Part shown: positions 1-17,833 of the stretch, in pieces
How positions within the stretch are numbered: the first letter of the stretch is position 1
Layout: every line of letters starts with the position of its first letter
Origin: the human T2T-CHM13v2.0 reference genome, Homo sapiens
Strand: one strand, 5' to 3'
NCBI RefSeq assembly: GCF_009914755.1
Contig: NC_060934.1
Length of the DNA stretch: 64,000 bases
Position numbers and translations under genes: made by a program
The notes under the pieces: model-generated
What the model was told of the DNA's origin: nothing
The model's database searches: none
Seen by the model: only the letters and a program-made list of their open reading frames with translations

Positions 1-1286
1 AAAAATATTTAGCCTTCAGTACCACTGAGTATGGTACTAGCTGTGTGTTTTGCACATATGTCCTTCATAACACTAAATAAGTTTCTATACCTAGTTTATT
101 AAGTGTATTATGGAAGAGTTTAGAATTTTGTCAACTGTTATTTCTGCATCAATTGAAATAATCATATGGTTTTTCCATTTCATTTTGTTAATGTGATGTA
201 TTACATCAATTGATTTCATATTTGAACCATCCATGCTTTACAACAATAAATCCCACTTGGTCATGATGTGTAATCCTTTTAATATGCTACTGAATTCAGT
301 TTGCTAGTATTTTGTTAAAATTTTTTGACTCAATATTCATAAGGGGTATGGGACTCCCATAACGCATATGCTGGTCTTCTTGATTATGTTCCACAAGTCC
401 TTTAGCGTCTGTTCATTTTGCTTCATTCTTTTATTTCTGCTCTTCAGATCTGATCATTTCAATTACTTAATCTTTGAGTTTGTTAATTCTTTATTCTGCC
501 TTCTCAAATCTGCTTTGAATCTTTGAATTCCTCTAGTCAACTTTTTATTTCTGTTAATGTGATTTTTAGTTCCAGAATTTATGTTTGGTTCCTTTTTATA
601 ATTTTTATCTTTTTTTACTCATATTCTCATTTTGTTCATACATTAATTTTCTGATTTCCTTTAGTTCTTTGTCCACGTTTTCCTTTAGGTCTTTTGACAT
701 ATTTAAGAGAGTTGTTTTAAGGTCTTACCTAGTAAATCCAATGCCTAGGATGCCTCAGGGACTGTTTGTGTCAGAATCAACATTTTGCTCTTTTGAATGA
801 GTCGTATTTTCCCATTTCTTTTCATGTCTTGTCATTTATTGCTGAAAACTGGGCATTTGACCATTATAATGTAGCAACTGTGGGAATTAAGTTATCTTCC
901 TTCTCCAGGATTTGCTGAGGGGTTTTGTTTTTCTTTTTTGTTTTCTTTGTTTTTGACTGTCAAAGGCTATAGTGATCTTCCTGTTTTGAGCCTTTTCCAG
1001 AAAATTTTTGCAAAGACTGTTAGTTTTAATGTGAAGTGTTTCCTTTAGCTCATGCTAATAGTTTGACAAAGATTTCCTTGCTTGAACATTAGGAGAAAAA
1101 AAAAAAAGAAGGAAGAGAAAAAAAGAAAGAAAATCTCTTTCGGTCTTTGCGGATTGCCTCTCTATCAGGGTACTTCTTCAATACTTAGCTAGGCTTCTCT
1201 GAACCTAGGAATCAACCTGAAGTGAAAGCTTCAATTCTTCTCAGGTCTTTTCTGAGTATGCATGTTACCCTGGGAATGTACATAGC
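1..1286 (-). mobile_element. Old L1 (L1M-type) fragments, antisense
   Basis: Antisense L1 ORF2-like text (aaatcccacttggtcatgatg...tttgctagtattttg) at 1-350, then T-rich diverged L1 ORF1/5' like sequence; appears to resume after 14559, so it is probably the host of the HERV-L insertion. Confidence 0.7.
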
Positions 1287-1728
1287 TGTATTAGTCAGGG
1301 TTCTCTAGACGGACAGAACTAATGGAACAGATATATATAAGGGGGAGTTTATTAAGTATTAATTCACATAATCCGAAGGCCCCACAATATGCAATCTGCA
1401 GACTGAGGAGTAAGGAGAACCAGTCCGAGTTTCAAAACTGAAGAACTTAGAGTCTGCTGTTCCAGGGCAGGAAGCATCCAGTACACGAGAAACATGTAGG
1501 CTGGGAGGCTAAGCCAGTCTCTCTTTTCACATTTTTCTGCCTGCTTATATTCTAGCCATGCTGGCAGCAGATTAGACTGTGCACACCCAGATTAAGGATG
1601 GGTCTGCCCTTCCCAGCTCACTGACTCAAATGTTAATATCCTTTGGCAACACCCTCATAGACACACCCAGGATTAATACTTTGTATCCTTCAATCCAGTC
1701 AAGTTGACACTCAGTATTAACCATCACA
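1287..1728 (-). mobile_element. MLT2A1-like 3' LTR of HERV-L
   Basis: Reverse complement begins tgtgatggttaatactgagtgtcaacttg and ends gagaaccctgactaataca; minus-strand AATAAA at 1348-1353. Confidence 0.93.
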
Positions 1729-1745
1729 AGACCACCCCTTGTCAA
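1729..1745 (-). other. Polypurine tract of HERV-L
   Basis: Minus strand ...acaaggggtggtct directly abuts the 3' LTR start. Confidence 0.75.
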
Positions 1746-2345
1746 CTTGAACCCATACACATCTCCTGACATCATCATAATCTTCAAATAAAGACAATAA
1801 TAAAGTCATAATTATACCTAACATAATACAGCTATCCTTCATATGACCAGAAACGCACCAATCCCCAACCCAAATACTATTACATAAAGTTAACAATACT
1901 TAAATGCTGATATGAAGTCAATAAATCGTATTCCACATCATAAAGAAGGAAATAAAAGGAAGATATTTTCTTAGTACAAGTGTATACATGCACAAAAACA
2001 TGTTTTTAACAAAAGAAGAAGGAAATACGACAATTACAGTCCTCATTTCTGCAGCTGGTCACATGGTCATAGCTGGTATTGATGACTATCTTCTTCTATT
2101 ACCCATTCTGTATTCCCTTTGCCTTCAGCAAGCACCTCAGCCTGTCATGGTGATTTTCCTGGTGGAGTGACCCAAACCTTCATTCCTGAAGGGTCTGGGT
2201 CATTTATATTCCTGCCTGGATTGGGGTGTTGTAGTCTCCCATTGACTTTAATCGCAGGGCATGGTAATACTAAGAGATGCCCTAATGGATCTCCTGTAGT
2301 CCATGCATACTCTTCCTTACCTTCATTGTGGAATAGTAGGCTGAT

Positions 2346-2560
2346 TTAATCTTGATAGTCTGGGTCGATCACCTCAGCCAGTACTGTAACTCTCTTCTTA
2401 ACCTGTTGACTTAAAGGTAGGAGGAGCCCAAAGTGTCCAGGAGGCCATCTGAACTTCCAGTTTAATGGAATCATTGTTGCGTCTCCTGGTGGCAGTGTTC
2501 CTCCCTCTGGAACTAAGACCTCTAGGCCAGCAGAACGTAATGTCACAGGAACAGGAAGCA
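2346..2560 (-). pseudogene. HERV-L dUTPase remnant downstream of integrase
   Basis: Translation ...LRSAGLEVLVPEGG...IPLNWKFRWPPGHFGLL...VIDPDYQ; dUTPase motifs in the ERV-L-specific position after IN. Confidence 0.88.
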
Positions 2561-3681
2561 AAAATTTTGCTAGTGGATCATGAGGGGTGATGGTGGGTGG
2601 TGCCACTTCCACTTCCACCCCTTGCTTCCTGTACTGCTGAATCCTGGCTGTGGGAGAAACAGTACCATATATTGGATGCTGATTCAGAGCATACATGGCC
2701 TTATGGAGAACTGTGCCTGAGCCCTGCAAAGTATTGTCACCTAATTAGCATTGTAATTTTGACTTCAAAAGGCCATTCCACCATTCTAGCAATCCAGCTG
2801 TTTCAGGATCATGGGGAACATGATAAGACCAGTGAATTCCATGAGCATGGACCCACTGCCACACTTCTTTAGCCATAAAGTGAGTGCCTTGATCGGAGGC
2901 AATGCTGTGTGGAATAGCATGACGGTGGATGAAGCATTCCATGAATCCATGGATGGTAGTCTAGGCAGAAGCATCGCATGCAATGCTTAGGCATGCAACG
3001 GATAGGCAAACCTATATCAGGAGTAACTGTCTATTCCAGTGATGACGAACTTCTGCCCTTTCCATGATAGAAGAGGTCCAGTATAATCAACCTGCCACCA
3101 GGCAGCTGGACGATAACCCTGAGGATTGGTGCCACATCGAGGGTTCAGCGTTGCTTTCTGCTGCTGGCAAACTGGGCACTCAGCAGTGACCATAGCCAGG
3201 TCAGCATTGGTGAGCAGAAGTCCATGTTGCTGAGTCCATATGTAACCTCCATCCCTGCCACCCTAGCCATTTTTTTCATGGGGCCATTGGAAGATGACAG
3301 AGGTGGCTGGGGAAAGAGGCTGAGTGGTGACCACAGAACGAGTCATTCGATCCACTTGATTATTTAAATTCTCCTCTGCTGAGGTCACCCGTTGGTGAGC
3401 ACTCACATGGGATACAAACATCTTTATAGTTTTTGATCACTCAGACAGGTACATCTGCATACCTCCTCGCCAAATTTCTTTGTCACCAATTTTTCTATCA
3501 TGCTTCTTTGAAATCCCTGACCATCCAGCCAAACCACTGGATACAACCAATCAATCAGTATGTAATTGTACATCTGGCCATTTCTCCTTCTACGTAAAAT
3601 GCACGACCAGGTACACTGCTCAAAGTTCTGCCCACTGGGAAGATTTCACTTCACGCTATCCTTCAATGATGTCCTAGAAAG

Positions 3682-4205
<524 letters not shown>

Positions 4206-5900
4206 CTAGTCTTCTCTTCCTCTGTCAACTGATCATACGGAACTCCCCATGAGGCCATTGGTGCAGGCTGTGGAAAGAAGGCAGGATGGGAGGAGGAGTG
4301 GAGACCATGGGTATGTGAGCCACTTGCTCATGTAACTTACTTGTGCCTTCAGGAACTGCTCCAGCCCGATCGCGTATATACCACTTCCACTTGATAATGG
4401 AATGTTGCTGTGCATGACGCACTTTATGGCTAGATGGGTTAGAAAGCACTCAGTTCATGATAGGCAGTTCAGGTCACATGGTGACTTCATGACCCATAGT
4501 CAAATGTTCAGTTTCCACCAAAGCCCGGTAACGTGGCAAGAGCTGTCACTCAAAAGGAGACTAGTTATCTGCAGAAGAGGGCAGGGTCTTGCTCTAAAAT
4601 GCTAGAGGCCTCTGCTGTGATTCATCTATAGGGGTCTGCCAAAGGCTCCAAACAGCATTTTTATATGCCACTGACACCTCAAGCACCATTGGATCTGCTG
4701 GGTTGTATGGCCCAAATGGCAGAGCAGCTTACACAGTAGCCTGGACCTGTTGCAGTGCCTTCTCCTTTTCTGGACCCCACTCAAAACTGGCAGCCTTTCA
4801 GGTTACTTCATAAATGGGCTGGAGTAACACACTCAAAATCCAAATAGGCCTACTAGGCATTGTGCCTCCATCTCGGTTGTAGGAGGGGCCAAATGCAGCA
4901 ACTTATCCTTCACCTTAGAAGGAATATCTCGACCAGCCCCACACCACTGGACCCCTAGAAATTTTACTGAGGTAGGAGTTCCCAGAATTTTAGTCAGACG
5001 TATTTCCCATCCTCTGGCATGCAAATGTCTCTCTAGTAAGTCCAGTGTGTTTGCTACTTCTTGCTCACTGGATCCAACCAGCATAATGTCATCAATGTAA
5101 TGGACCAGTGTGATACCTTACAGAAGTGAAAAGCAATCAAGGTCTCTCCTAATAAGATTATGACACCAATTTGGAGAGTTGATGTATCCTTGAGGTGGGG
5201 CAGTGAAGGTATATTGCTGGCCTTGCCAGCTGAAGGCAAATTGCTTCTAGTGGCCCTTATGGGCAGGAATGGAGATAAAAGGCATTTGCCAAGTCAGTGG
5301 CTGCATACCAGGTACCAGGAGATGTGTTAATTCACTCAAGCAATGAAACCATATCTGGTACAGCAGCTGCAACTGAAGTCACCACTTGGTTATGCTTACA
5401 ATAATCCACTGTCATTCTCCAAGATCCATCCGTCTTCTGCACAGGCCAAATGGGAGAACTGAATGGGGATGTGGGGGGAATCACCACCCCTGCATCTTTC
5501 AAGTCCTTCATGGTGGCACTAATCTCTGCAGTCCCTCTAGGGATGCAATGTTGTTTATGATTTACTATTTTTCGAGGTAGAGGCAGCTCTAATGGCTTCC
5601 TTTTAGCCTTTCCCACCATTATAGCCCTCATCCTACCAGCCAGGGAGCCAATGTGAGGGTAGTGCCAGCTGTGAAGTATGTCCATGCCAATTACGCATTC
5701 TGGCACTGGGAAAATGGCCACATGATGAGTCCGGGGATGCAATGGACCCACCGCAAGTCGGACCTGAGTTAAAACTACATTAATCACTGGACTTCCATAA
5801 GCCGCTACTTTAACTGGAGGACCACAGTGATGTTTGGGGTCCCCTAGGATTAATGTTAGCTCAGAGTCAGTGTCCAGTAGTCCCTGAAAGGTCTGATCAT

Positions 5901-7686
5901 TCCCCTTTCCTCAATGCAGTTACCCTGGTAAAAGGCCAGAGGTCTCCTTGGGGAAGGATGGGAGAAAGAGTCACTGCATAAATTGTTGGTAATGTAGTGG
6001 GGTCCTTCCTCAAGGGGACCAGCCTCCCCATTCATTCAAGGGGTTCTGGGTCTGTAAACTGGCTCAATTCTGTAAATTGAGGGGCCATGATTCTCTGTTT
6101 ATATAATTCAAATTAGTCTTTTGTCCATTTGACCTAGAAGTTTTCTGCTTGTATAAATTAAGAAAGAATGCAGTAGGCTTCCTATCAATTTCACTTCCAG
6201 GAACATCATGATAAATGAGCCAATGCCAGAGCTCTAAATGAGTCAGACTATTCTGATTGCTGCTTTGCCTCTGCTGTCCATTATGGTAGCTTCACCAACC
6301 TTACCTTTGATGGTTGAGTGCCGCCACTTGGCCCCTGCCACTTCGAGATCCAATTATTCCCATTGCATTTAAATTTTGTAGCTGAGTGAGTGCAGTTTCC
6401 ACTGTTAGATCTGACATACAGAGAAGAGCAAATACAGGGCTGTTCAAAGATTCAGGTGCTGCCCTCACAAATCTATTTCACAAGGCATAGGTCAAGGGTA
6501 TATCTTCTGCACCCTCCCAGCTGGGATGAATAGGTCTAAAGTGACTAATTCACTCCACCATCTCAATCTCCCTAAGTCTTTGGATCCCTTCTTCTATATT
6601 AAACCAAGGGAGATCAGGCATTTCCAGCTCGCTCACAGTGGAACATTTTCTAATCCATATTTCAGCTAACCAAGCAAACAAACTATTAGAACCTTTTTTT
6701 AACTCCCGAGCTGCAGCATTAAATACAGACTCCCTAGTTAGTGGGCCCAAATCAATAAATTTAGCCTGATCCAACTCTGTGTTCCTTCCACCATCATCTC
6801 ATACCCTTAATAACCATTCCCATGCCTGTTCTCCAGATTTCCATTTATATAAATAAGAAAACTCAAGCAGCTTTTTTCTAGTGTAGGCACATCTCCTCAC
6901 GGGTCACACTCCCAACCTCACCTCTAGTGGCCCATCTGGGACTTTAGTTATAGGTCAAGAAGCAAACAGGGGTGTTAGGGGTGGCTCCTGAGGAGAATCA
7001 GCATTATCTTGCCTAGCAACTGCCTCAGGGGAGGCCATCACTGCTGTCTCAGGAAGCACAGGATTTATCTCCTCAGACAAATGTGGAAAGGCTGACTGCA
7101 GCATGGGTCGGGGAGGGGATTTTGCCACTACTGGGGGTGGGGAAGCTGTTTCTTCTGGCAAAAAAATTTCATCAGAGTTTACAAACTCAGCATCCCCAGC
7201 TTCATCAGGGTCCTCCCACATGTCCCCATTCCAAGTTGCAGGGTCCCATTCTTTTCCAATCAATGCCCTCACTTTAACAGTAGACACCTGCCGAGGCTGT
7301 GCATGCACCTTTTGTTTCAGGTCAGCCACTTGCATCATAAGAGAATGTCCCTGTTTTTCCACCATTTCAGCTTTTTCTCTACAGGTGATGAGACTCTCAT
7401 TCAAGGCAATCTTAGCAGATTTGAAGCTCAGTATCTGCTTCTGAAGCTGGGAGACAGAATTCCTGAGTTCATCATTTTCTTTCATCACTTTGCCCATGGA
7501 ACTTAGGAGCAAACAATCAGCTTCATTATGCTCCTCAGTTCTCCACATATGGTCAAAGGTATTATGTATAGAGCCACTAAACTCCTCGCCTCTCATAAGT
7601 GATGAATCAGGTTCAGGAGTGTCAAATGCATTTATTTTGCATAACTTTTTAAACAGTTCATGCCAAGGACTATTGGTGTTCTCCAT
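5901..7686 (-). pseudogene. HERV-L gag remnant
   Basis: ORF 6955-7686 (MENTNSPWHELF...KVRALIGKEWDP) and 6550-6774 (DQAKFIDLGPL) resemble ERV-L gag; interrupted by stops. Confidence 0.9.
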
Positions 7687-7796
7687 ACTATTAGAAGCAG
7701 ACTCCTTAGGATTTTTGGTCTAATAATATTAAGCAGCCAACTCCAGAAACCCCAAAACCAGCAAAAGAATGTCATCCGTAATATTCTGTTCCTCTA

Positions 7797-7814
7797 GAAC
7801 CCCTCCTGGTATCA
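7797..7814 (-). other. Primer binding site, tRNA-Leu type
   Basis: Minus strand tgataccaggaggggttc 5 nt after the 5' LTR; resembles the complement of the tRNA-Leu 3' end (TGGTACCAGGAGTGGG). Confidence 0.75.
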
Positions 7815-7819
7815 AAATC

Positions 7820-7860
7820 TGTATTAGTCAGGGTTCTCTGGAGGGACAGAACTGACAGAA
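7820..7860 (-). mobile_element. MLT2A 5' LTR, U5 terminal piece
   Basis: tgtattagtcagggttctctggagggacagaact matches 1287-1320. Confidence 0.9.
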
Positions 7861-8096
7861 GATATATATTCCATTAGTTTACATTTTCTTAAATTATACT
7901 TCAAGTTCTAGGGTACATGTGCATTACGTGCAGGTTTGTTACATAGATATACATGTGTCATGTTGGTTGGTTGCACCCATTAACTCGTCATTTACATTAG
8001 GTATTTCTCCTAATGCTATCCCTCCCCCAGCCCCCCACCCCATGAAAAGCCCCAGTGTGTGATGTTCCCCTTCCTGTGTCCATGTGTTCTCATTGT

Positions 8097-11917
<3,821 letters not shown>

Positions 11918-11989
11918 TATGATGTTAGCTGGTTATTTTTCTCATTAGTTGATGCAGTTTCTTCCTAGCATCAATGGTCTTTACAATTT

Positions 11990-13006
11990 GGCATGTTTTT
12001 CCAGTGGCTAGTACCGGTTGTCCCTTTCCATGTTTAGCGCTTCCTTCAGGAGCTCTTTTAGGGCAGGCCTGGTGGTGACAAAATCTCTCCACATTTGCTT
12101 GTCTGTAAAGAATTTTATTTCTCCTTCACTTATGAAGCTTAATTTGGCTGGATATGAAATTCTGGGTTGAAAATTCTTTTCTTTAAGAATGTTGAATATC
12201 AGCCCCCACTCTCTTCTGGCTTGTAGAGTTTCTGCCAAGAGATCCGCTGTTAGTCTGATGGGCTTCCCTTTGTGGGTAACTTGACCTTTCTCTCTGGCTG
12301 CCCTTAACATTTTTTCCTTCATTTCAACCTTGGTGAATCTGACAATTATGTGTCTTGGGGTTGCTCTTCTCAATGAGCATCTTTATTGTGTTCTCTGTAT
12401 TTCCTGAATTTGAATGTTGGCCTACCTTGCTAAATTGGGGAAGTTCTCCTGGATAATATCCTGAAGAGTGTTTTCCAACTTGGTTCCATTCTCCACATCA
12501 CTTTCAGGTACACCAATCAGACATAGATTTGGTCTTTTCACATAGTCCCATATTTCTTGGAGGCTCTGCTCATTTCTTTTCACTGTTTTTTCTGTAAACT
12601 TCTCTTATTGCTTTATTTCATTAATTTGATCTTCAATCACTGATACCTTTTCTTCCACTTCATCAAATAGGCTACTGAAGATTGTCCATGCATCATGTAG
12701 TTCTCGTGCCATGGTTTTCAGCTCCATCAGGTCATTTAAGGACTTCTCTGCATTGGTTATTCTAGTTAGCCATTCATCCAATCTTTTTTCAAGGTTTTTA
12801 GCTTCCTTGCGAAGGGTTCAAACATCCTCCTTTAACTCGCAGAGGTTTGTTATTACCAACCTTCTGAAGCCTACTACTGTCATCTTGTCAAAGTCATTCT
12901 CCAACCAGCTTTGTTCCATTGCTGGTGAGGAGCTGTGATCCTTCGAAGGAGAAGAGTCACTCTGGTTTTTAGAATTTTCAGCTTCTCTTCTCTGGTTTCT
13001 CTCCAT
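11990..13006 (-). pseudogene. L1 ORF1, disrupted
   Basis: MERNQRREAENSKNQS start at 13006; RRATPRHIIVRF...YPAKLSF in ORF 12008-12373. Confidence 0.92.
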
Positions 13007-14030
13007 CTTTGTGGTTTTATCTAGCTTTGTTCCTTGACGTTGGTGACCTGCAGATGGGGTTTTGGTGCAGATGTCCTTTTTGTTGATGTCGATGCTATTC
13101 CTTTCTGTTAGTTTTCCTTCTAACAGTCAGGTCCCTCAGCTGCAGGTCTGTTGGAGTTTGCTGGAGGTCCGCTCCAGGTGCTATTTGCCTGGGTATCACC
13201 AGCGGAGGCTGCAGAACAGCAAATATTGCAGAATATCAAATATTGCTGCCTGATCCTTCCTCTGGAAACTTCATCCTAGAGGGCCACCCACCTATATGAG
13301 GTGTCAGTTGGCCCCTATTGGGAGGTGTCTCCCAGTTAGGCTACATGGGGGTCAGGGACCAACTTGAGAAGGCAGTCTGCCCATTCTCAGAGCTCAAACG
13401 CCATGCTGGGAGAACCACTGCTCTCTTCAGAGCTGTCAGACAGGGACGTTTAAGTCTGCAGAAGTTTCCACTGCCTTTTGTTCACCTATGCCCTGCCCCT
13501 AGAGGTGGATTCAAAAGAGGTGGCAGGCCTTGCTAGCTGTGGTGGGCTCTGCCCAGTTCGAGCTTCCCTGGCTGCTTTGTTTACCTGTTCAAGCCTCAGA
13601 AATGGCAGACACCCCTCCCCCTGCCAGGCTGCTGCCTTGCAGGTTGATCTCAGACTGCGAAGCCAGCAGTGAGCAAGGCTCCATGGGCATGGGACCTGCC
13701 AAGCCAGGCATGGGATATAATCTGCTGGTGTGCTGTTTGCTAAGACCGTTGGAAAAGCACTGTATTTAGGCAGGAGTGTTCCGTTTTTCCAGGTACAGTC
13801 TATCACAGCTTCCCTTGGCTAGGAAAGGGAAATCCCCTGACCCCTTGTGCTTCCCAGGTGACGTGATGCCCTACCCTGGTTCAGCTCACACTCCATGGGC
13901 TGCACCCACTGTCCAACCAGTATCAATGAGATGAACCAGGTACCTCAGTTGGAAATGCAGAAATCACACATCTTCTAGGTCAATCACACTGGGAGCTGCA
14001 GGCCAGAGCTGTTCCTATTCGGTCATCTTC

Positions 14031-14103
14031 TAGCATACATATTATATATATGCTATGTATTTTATATATCTGGGAGGAGAGGGGGTAATATTACATATAT
14101 AAT

Positions 14104-14165
<62 letters not shown>

Positions 14166-14171
14166 CACACA
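14031..14171. repeat. (TA)n-rich tract within the LTR
   Basis: Near-pure TA repeats at about 14095-14160, with a short palindromic and G-rich filler before it. Confidence 0.9.
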
Positions 14172-14554
14172 AAAAGGGGAGTTTACTAAATATTAACTCA
14201 CACGACCACAAGGTCCCACAATAGGCCATCTGCGGGCTGAGGAACAAGGAGAGCCAGTCCGAGTTCCAAAACTGAAGAACTTGGAGTCTGATGTTCAAGG
14301 GCAGCAAGCATCCAGCAGGGGAGAAAGATCGAGGTTGGGAGGCTAGGCCAGTCTCTCTTTTCACATTCTTCTGCCTGCTTATATTCTAGCCATGCTGGCA
14401 ACTAATTAAATTGTGCCCACCCAGATTAAAGGTAGGTCTGCCTTTCCCAGCCCACAGCCTCAAATGTTAATCTCCTTTCCTCTCAGACACACCCAGGATC
14501 AATACTTTGTATCCTTCAATCCAATCAAGTTGACACTTAGAATTAACCATCACA
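14172..14554 (-). mobile_element. MLT2A1-like 5' LTR, U3/R part
   Basis: Aligns by eye with 1340-1728; ends aattaaccatcaca. Confidence 0.93.
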
Positions 14555-14559
14555 ATAGT

Positions 14560-17408
14560 TTTTAAAATTCACCTATACAGCTTCTTTTGAAGGTCCTCGT
14601 TTCTCAAAATGCCTTACCCAAGCTTCTCTTCTGAGCCTTAGATGGTGTATTCTATGCCTTCATCTATAACCTCTTGCCTGAGCTATCTGTTTTACCTGCA
14701 GTACCTGTTGCTTTTTTCACCTGAGCTCCAAATTAGCTAAAAAACTTAAGTGCCTTGCCTCATTGATTCAGGTATTCCCCAGAGAGGTTAGAACATACAT
14801 ACACCAAAGTTTGTAAATAATGTTTGCTATTCTTTTTCCTGTCCAAGGGAAGGAGCTGGTAACTGGACTGCTAGCTACATCAAGACAAGCAGCACTGCCA
14901 TGCCAGGGAGAGAATGGGGCCGGGGTGAGTTAAAACTCTACAAAACAAGCTTACTATTTTGAAGATGGTTTCTTCTTGGTTGGGTGTTCTCTTGGTTGCT
15001 GTAAACTTATGATGTTTTCCAAAACTCCAACAAAGTTGTTTTTGCTATTTACTACTTGATTTTTAGTGTTTCTGTGGTAGAATACGAGCTTGAAACATCA
15101 TAGTTCATCATTCTGCTATTATCGCAAGCTCCTATGTCTTTTTAATAAACTCCAATTATCACCAATAGCATTGTTTTATTTTTGCAGGTGTTAATCTCAT
15201 CTTGAGCATTTTCTCCTTCAGACCTGGTAGCAGTGATTTCTATAATAAGCTGTGGTTCTTTTCAGTGGGAAATGGTATTTAGAGAATAAAATCTGATTCC
15301 TAGAGGGTGCTCATTTTACTGAGTTGTTATTGATTCTAGGGCATTTTTAGTGGACAGAGATAAAAAATGTGTAATTTTACAGCAATAAATACAGATCAGA
15401 AGTCTACACTGATATTTCCATTTCAAAAATTTGATTACAGATTTCTAATGTAACTTTCTATAATATTATTATTGTATCTGTATTCTCTTCAACTTAGTAT
15501 TTTGGTTCCAAAAATATGAACAAATTTCCTGCTTATTTTATCCTACAATAACTTCAAAAGAGAACAAAAATGATGCATTTTAAAGTCATTGGAGGTTATT
15601 ATAGCAATTTTATAAACATCTAGTCCATTCCTTTTAGTTTATTTTCACTTTATAGAAATTGTTTCTCTTCTTTTATAAAAATTGTATTGAATTTTGTGAA
15701 ATGTCTTTTAAAATCTATGGAGATATTTATATTTTTCTCTTTAAATCAATACTATAAATTATATAAATATATTTTCTAATAATGAGCTGTTCTTGTAGTC
15801 CTGGAATGAACTACAATATTCTTTTATTACACTGTGAATTGTTTTTGCTAATGTTTTATTTAATCCTTTATATCAGCATTTTTAAGTGAAAGTGATCTGT
15901 AAAGTTTTTTTAAATGCAATCTGTCATGTTTCATATTAATATTAGCCTCATAAAAAGACTTGGGAATTTTCCCCTTTTTCTAAGAACCAATGATTTAACA
16001 TGTAAATTATCTATATTTGTTTATTCTTCTTCAGAATCACCCTACCGTCTTTATGTCTTACCTCCATTTTCTCCCATCTTTGAAAGTTAATTACTTTTCA
16101 TATTAATTGCCTTCTCATTTTCTCTTGCATTCTGAAAGTCTTTTCAATCTAGTCTCTATATCACTTATATATTTTTAAATTCTCTGCAGTTTCTGTTTCT
16201 ATGCTTCCTAGCTTCTATTACGTTTACCTCCTCCTCTGCCTTTCTATCCTCTTCATATTTTTTCTTACCTCTTTCTTTGTGTCTCTTTTGAGAAAACTCA
16301 TTTTTTATTGTGTTCTAAGGCATTATCATTTTAGCTTTGATTAACTGTATCACAAAATCAAGTTTTCTTACATTTTATTAAGAACTCAGAGCAGATTCAC
16401 TTTTAAAATTAATTATTTTCTTGTGGTTAATCATTTCTCCATTTATAACCATCCTATGGATCTTTGTTTTTATTTTTTATGTTGCAGCATGTTTTCATGA
16501 GCTCTATAATGATTTTTATTTATCCACCCTTAGAAGAGGAAAAGTGTTTCCAGCCTAGGGATTTGCCTACAAGCAGGGTTAATTGTTTTTCTTGTTCCCC
16601 CTTACTATCTACCAAGATTTTAGTTTGGAGGATTTTTTTAAATGATAAACTGTCATTGTGTTTGTGACACAACATTTTGAGGCAGGTGGATAGGAAGCTG
16701 GAGCCCTGGATATCCATAAAACGTTATTTGGTAAACAGAAAGCTAAACAAAATGTATATACACTTACAAAAGAGTTAATTTGAACAGAAACCACAACTTA
16801 CAATGAATAAATTGTATAAGCACAGCCTGTTCTACCAGCCTCATCTAGTGTCCCAGGTGATTGATGACTTGCTTGTAGTAATATTTGCTAGGCTTTCCCA
16901 CTGTAATGTTACCCACACATGCTATCATCTGTCGGGGAAAGTCACTCTGCCCATCCCACATTTGAGGAGTGACAAGTCAAGCTGCCTCTCCTTGAGGACC
17001 ACTGTCTACATGTATTATTTGGAATTATTTCACATGAGAGATTTGTCTCACCATCCTCATTTATTTATGGATGTAATCATTAATTTACATCAGTGTGGAT
17101 TCATGGATATTTATTTTATACTTTGGGTTATAAACTAATACTACTATATCTTTTTGGAATTTTTTGTTTCTTTTTGCTCAAATTATTCCAGCTTTGGCTA
17201 TTGGGTGCTCTTTCAGTTGGCTGCTGTGTTTCTTTGATATGCCCCCATTATTGTGGATTTTTTTCTTTTTAGTATTTTCTTACTTTCTTATACTGTAAGA
17301 TTCTCCAGGCTCATCTTGTACACTTCCTACCCCAATCCCAGAACAAGTTATTTCTTCAAGGAGCTATAGTTTCTTTTATTGGACAATGGCATTAGAAACA
17401 AAGATCTT
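14560..17408 (-). mobile_element. Patchwork of old L1M (MC/ME-like) fragments
   Basis: Diverged L1 motifs, e.g. ccaggctcatcttgtacacttcc...ttcttcaaggagc...agaaacaaagatct; boundaries approximate. Confidence 0.55.

Positions 17409-17833
<425 letters not shown>

Noticed and set aside
6955-7686. 243-aa ORF as a domesticated gag (Fv1-like) gene
   Set aside because: It is only the N-terminal part of HERV-L gag, ends at a premature stop and is cut off from its LTR by the L1; no sign of selection is visible without dN/dS
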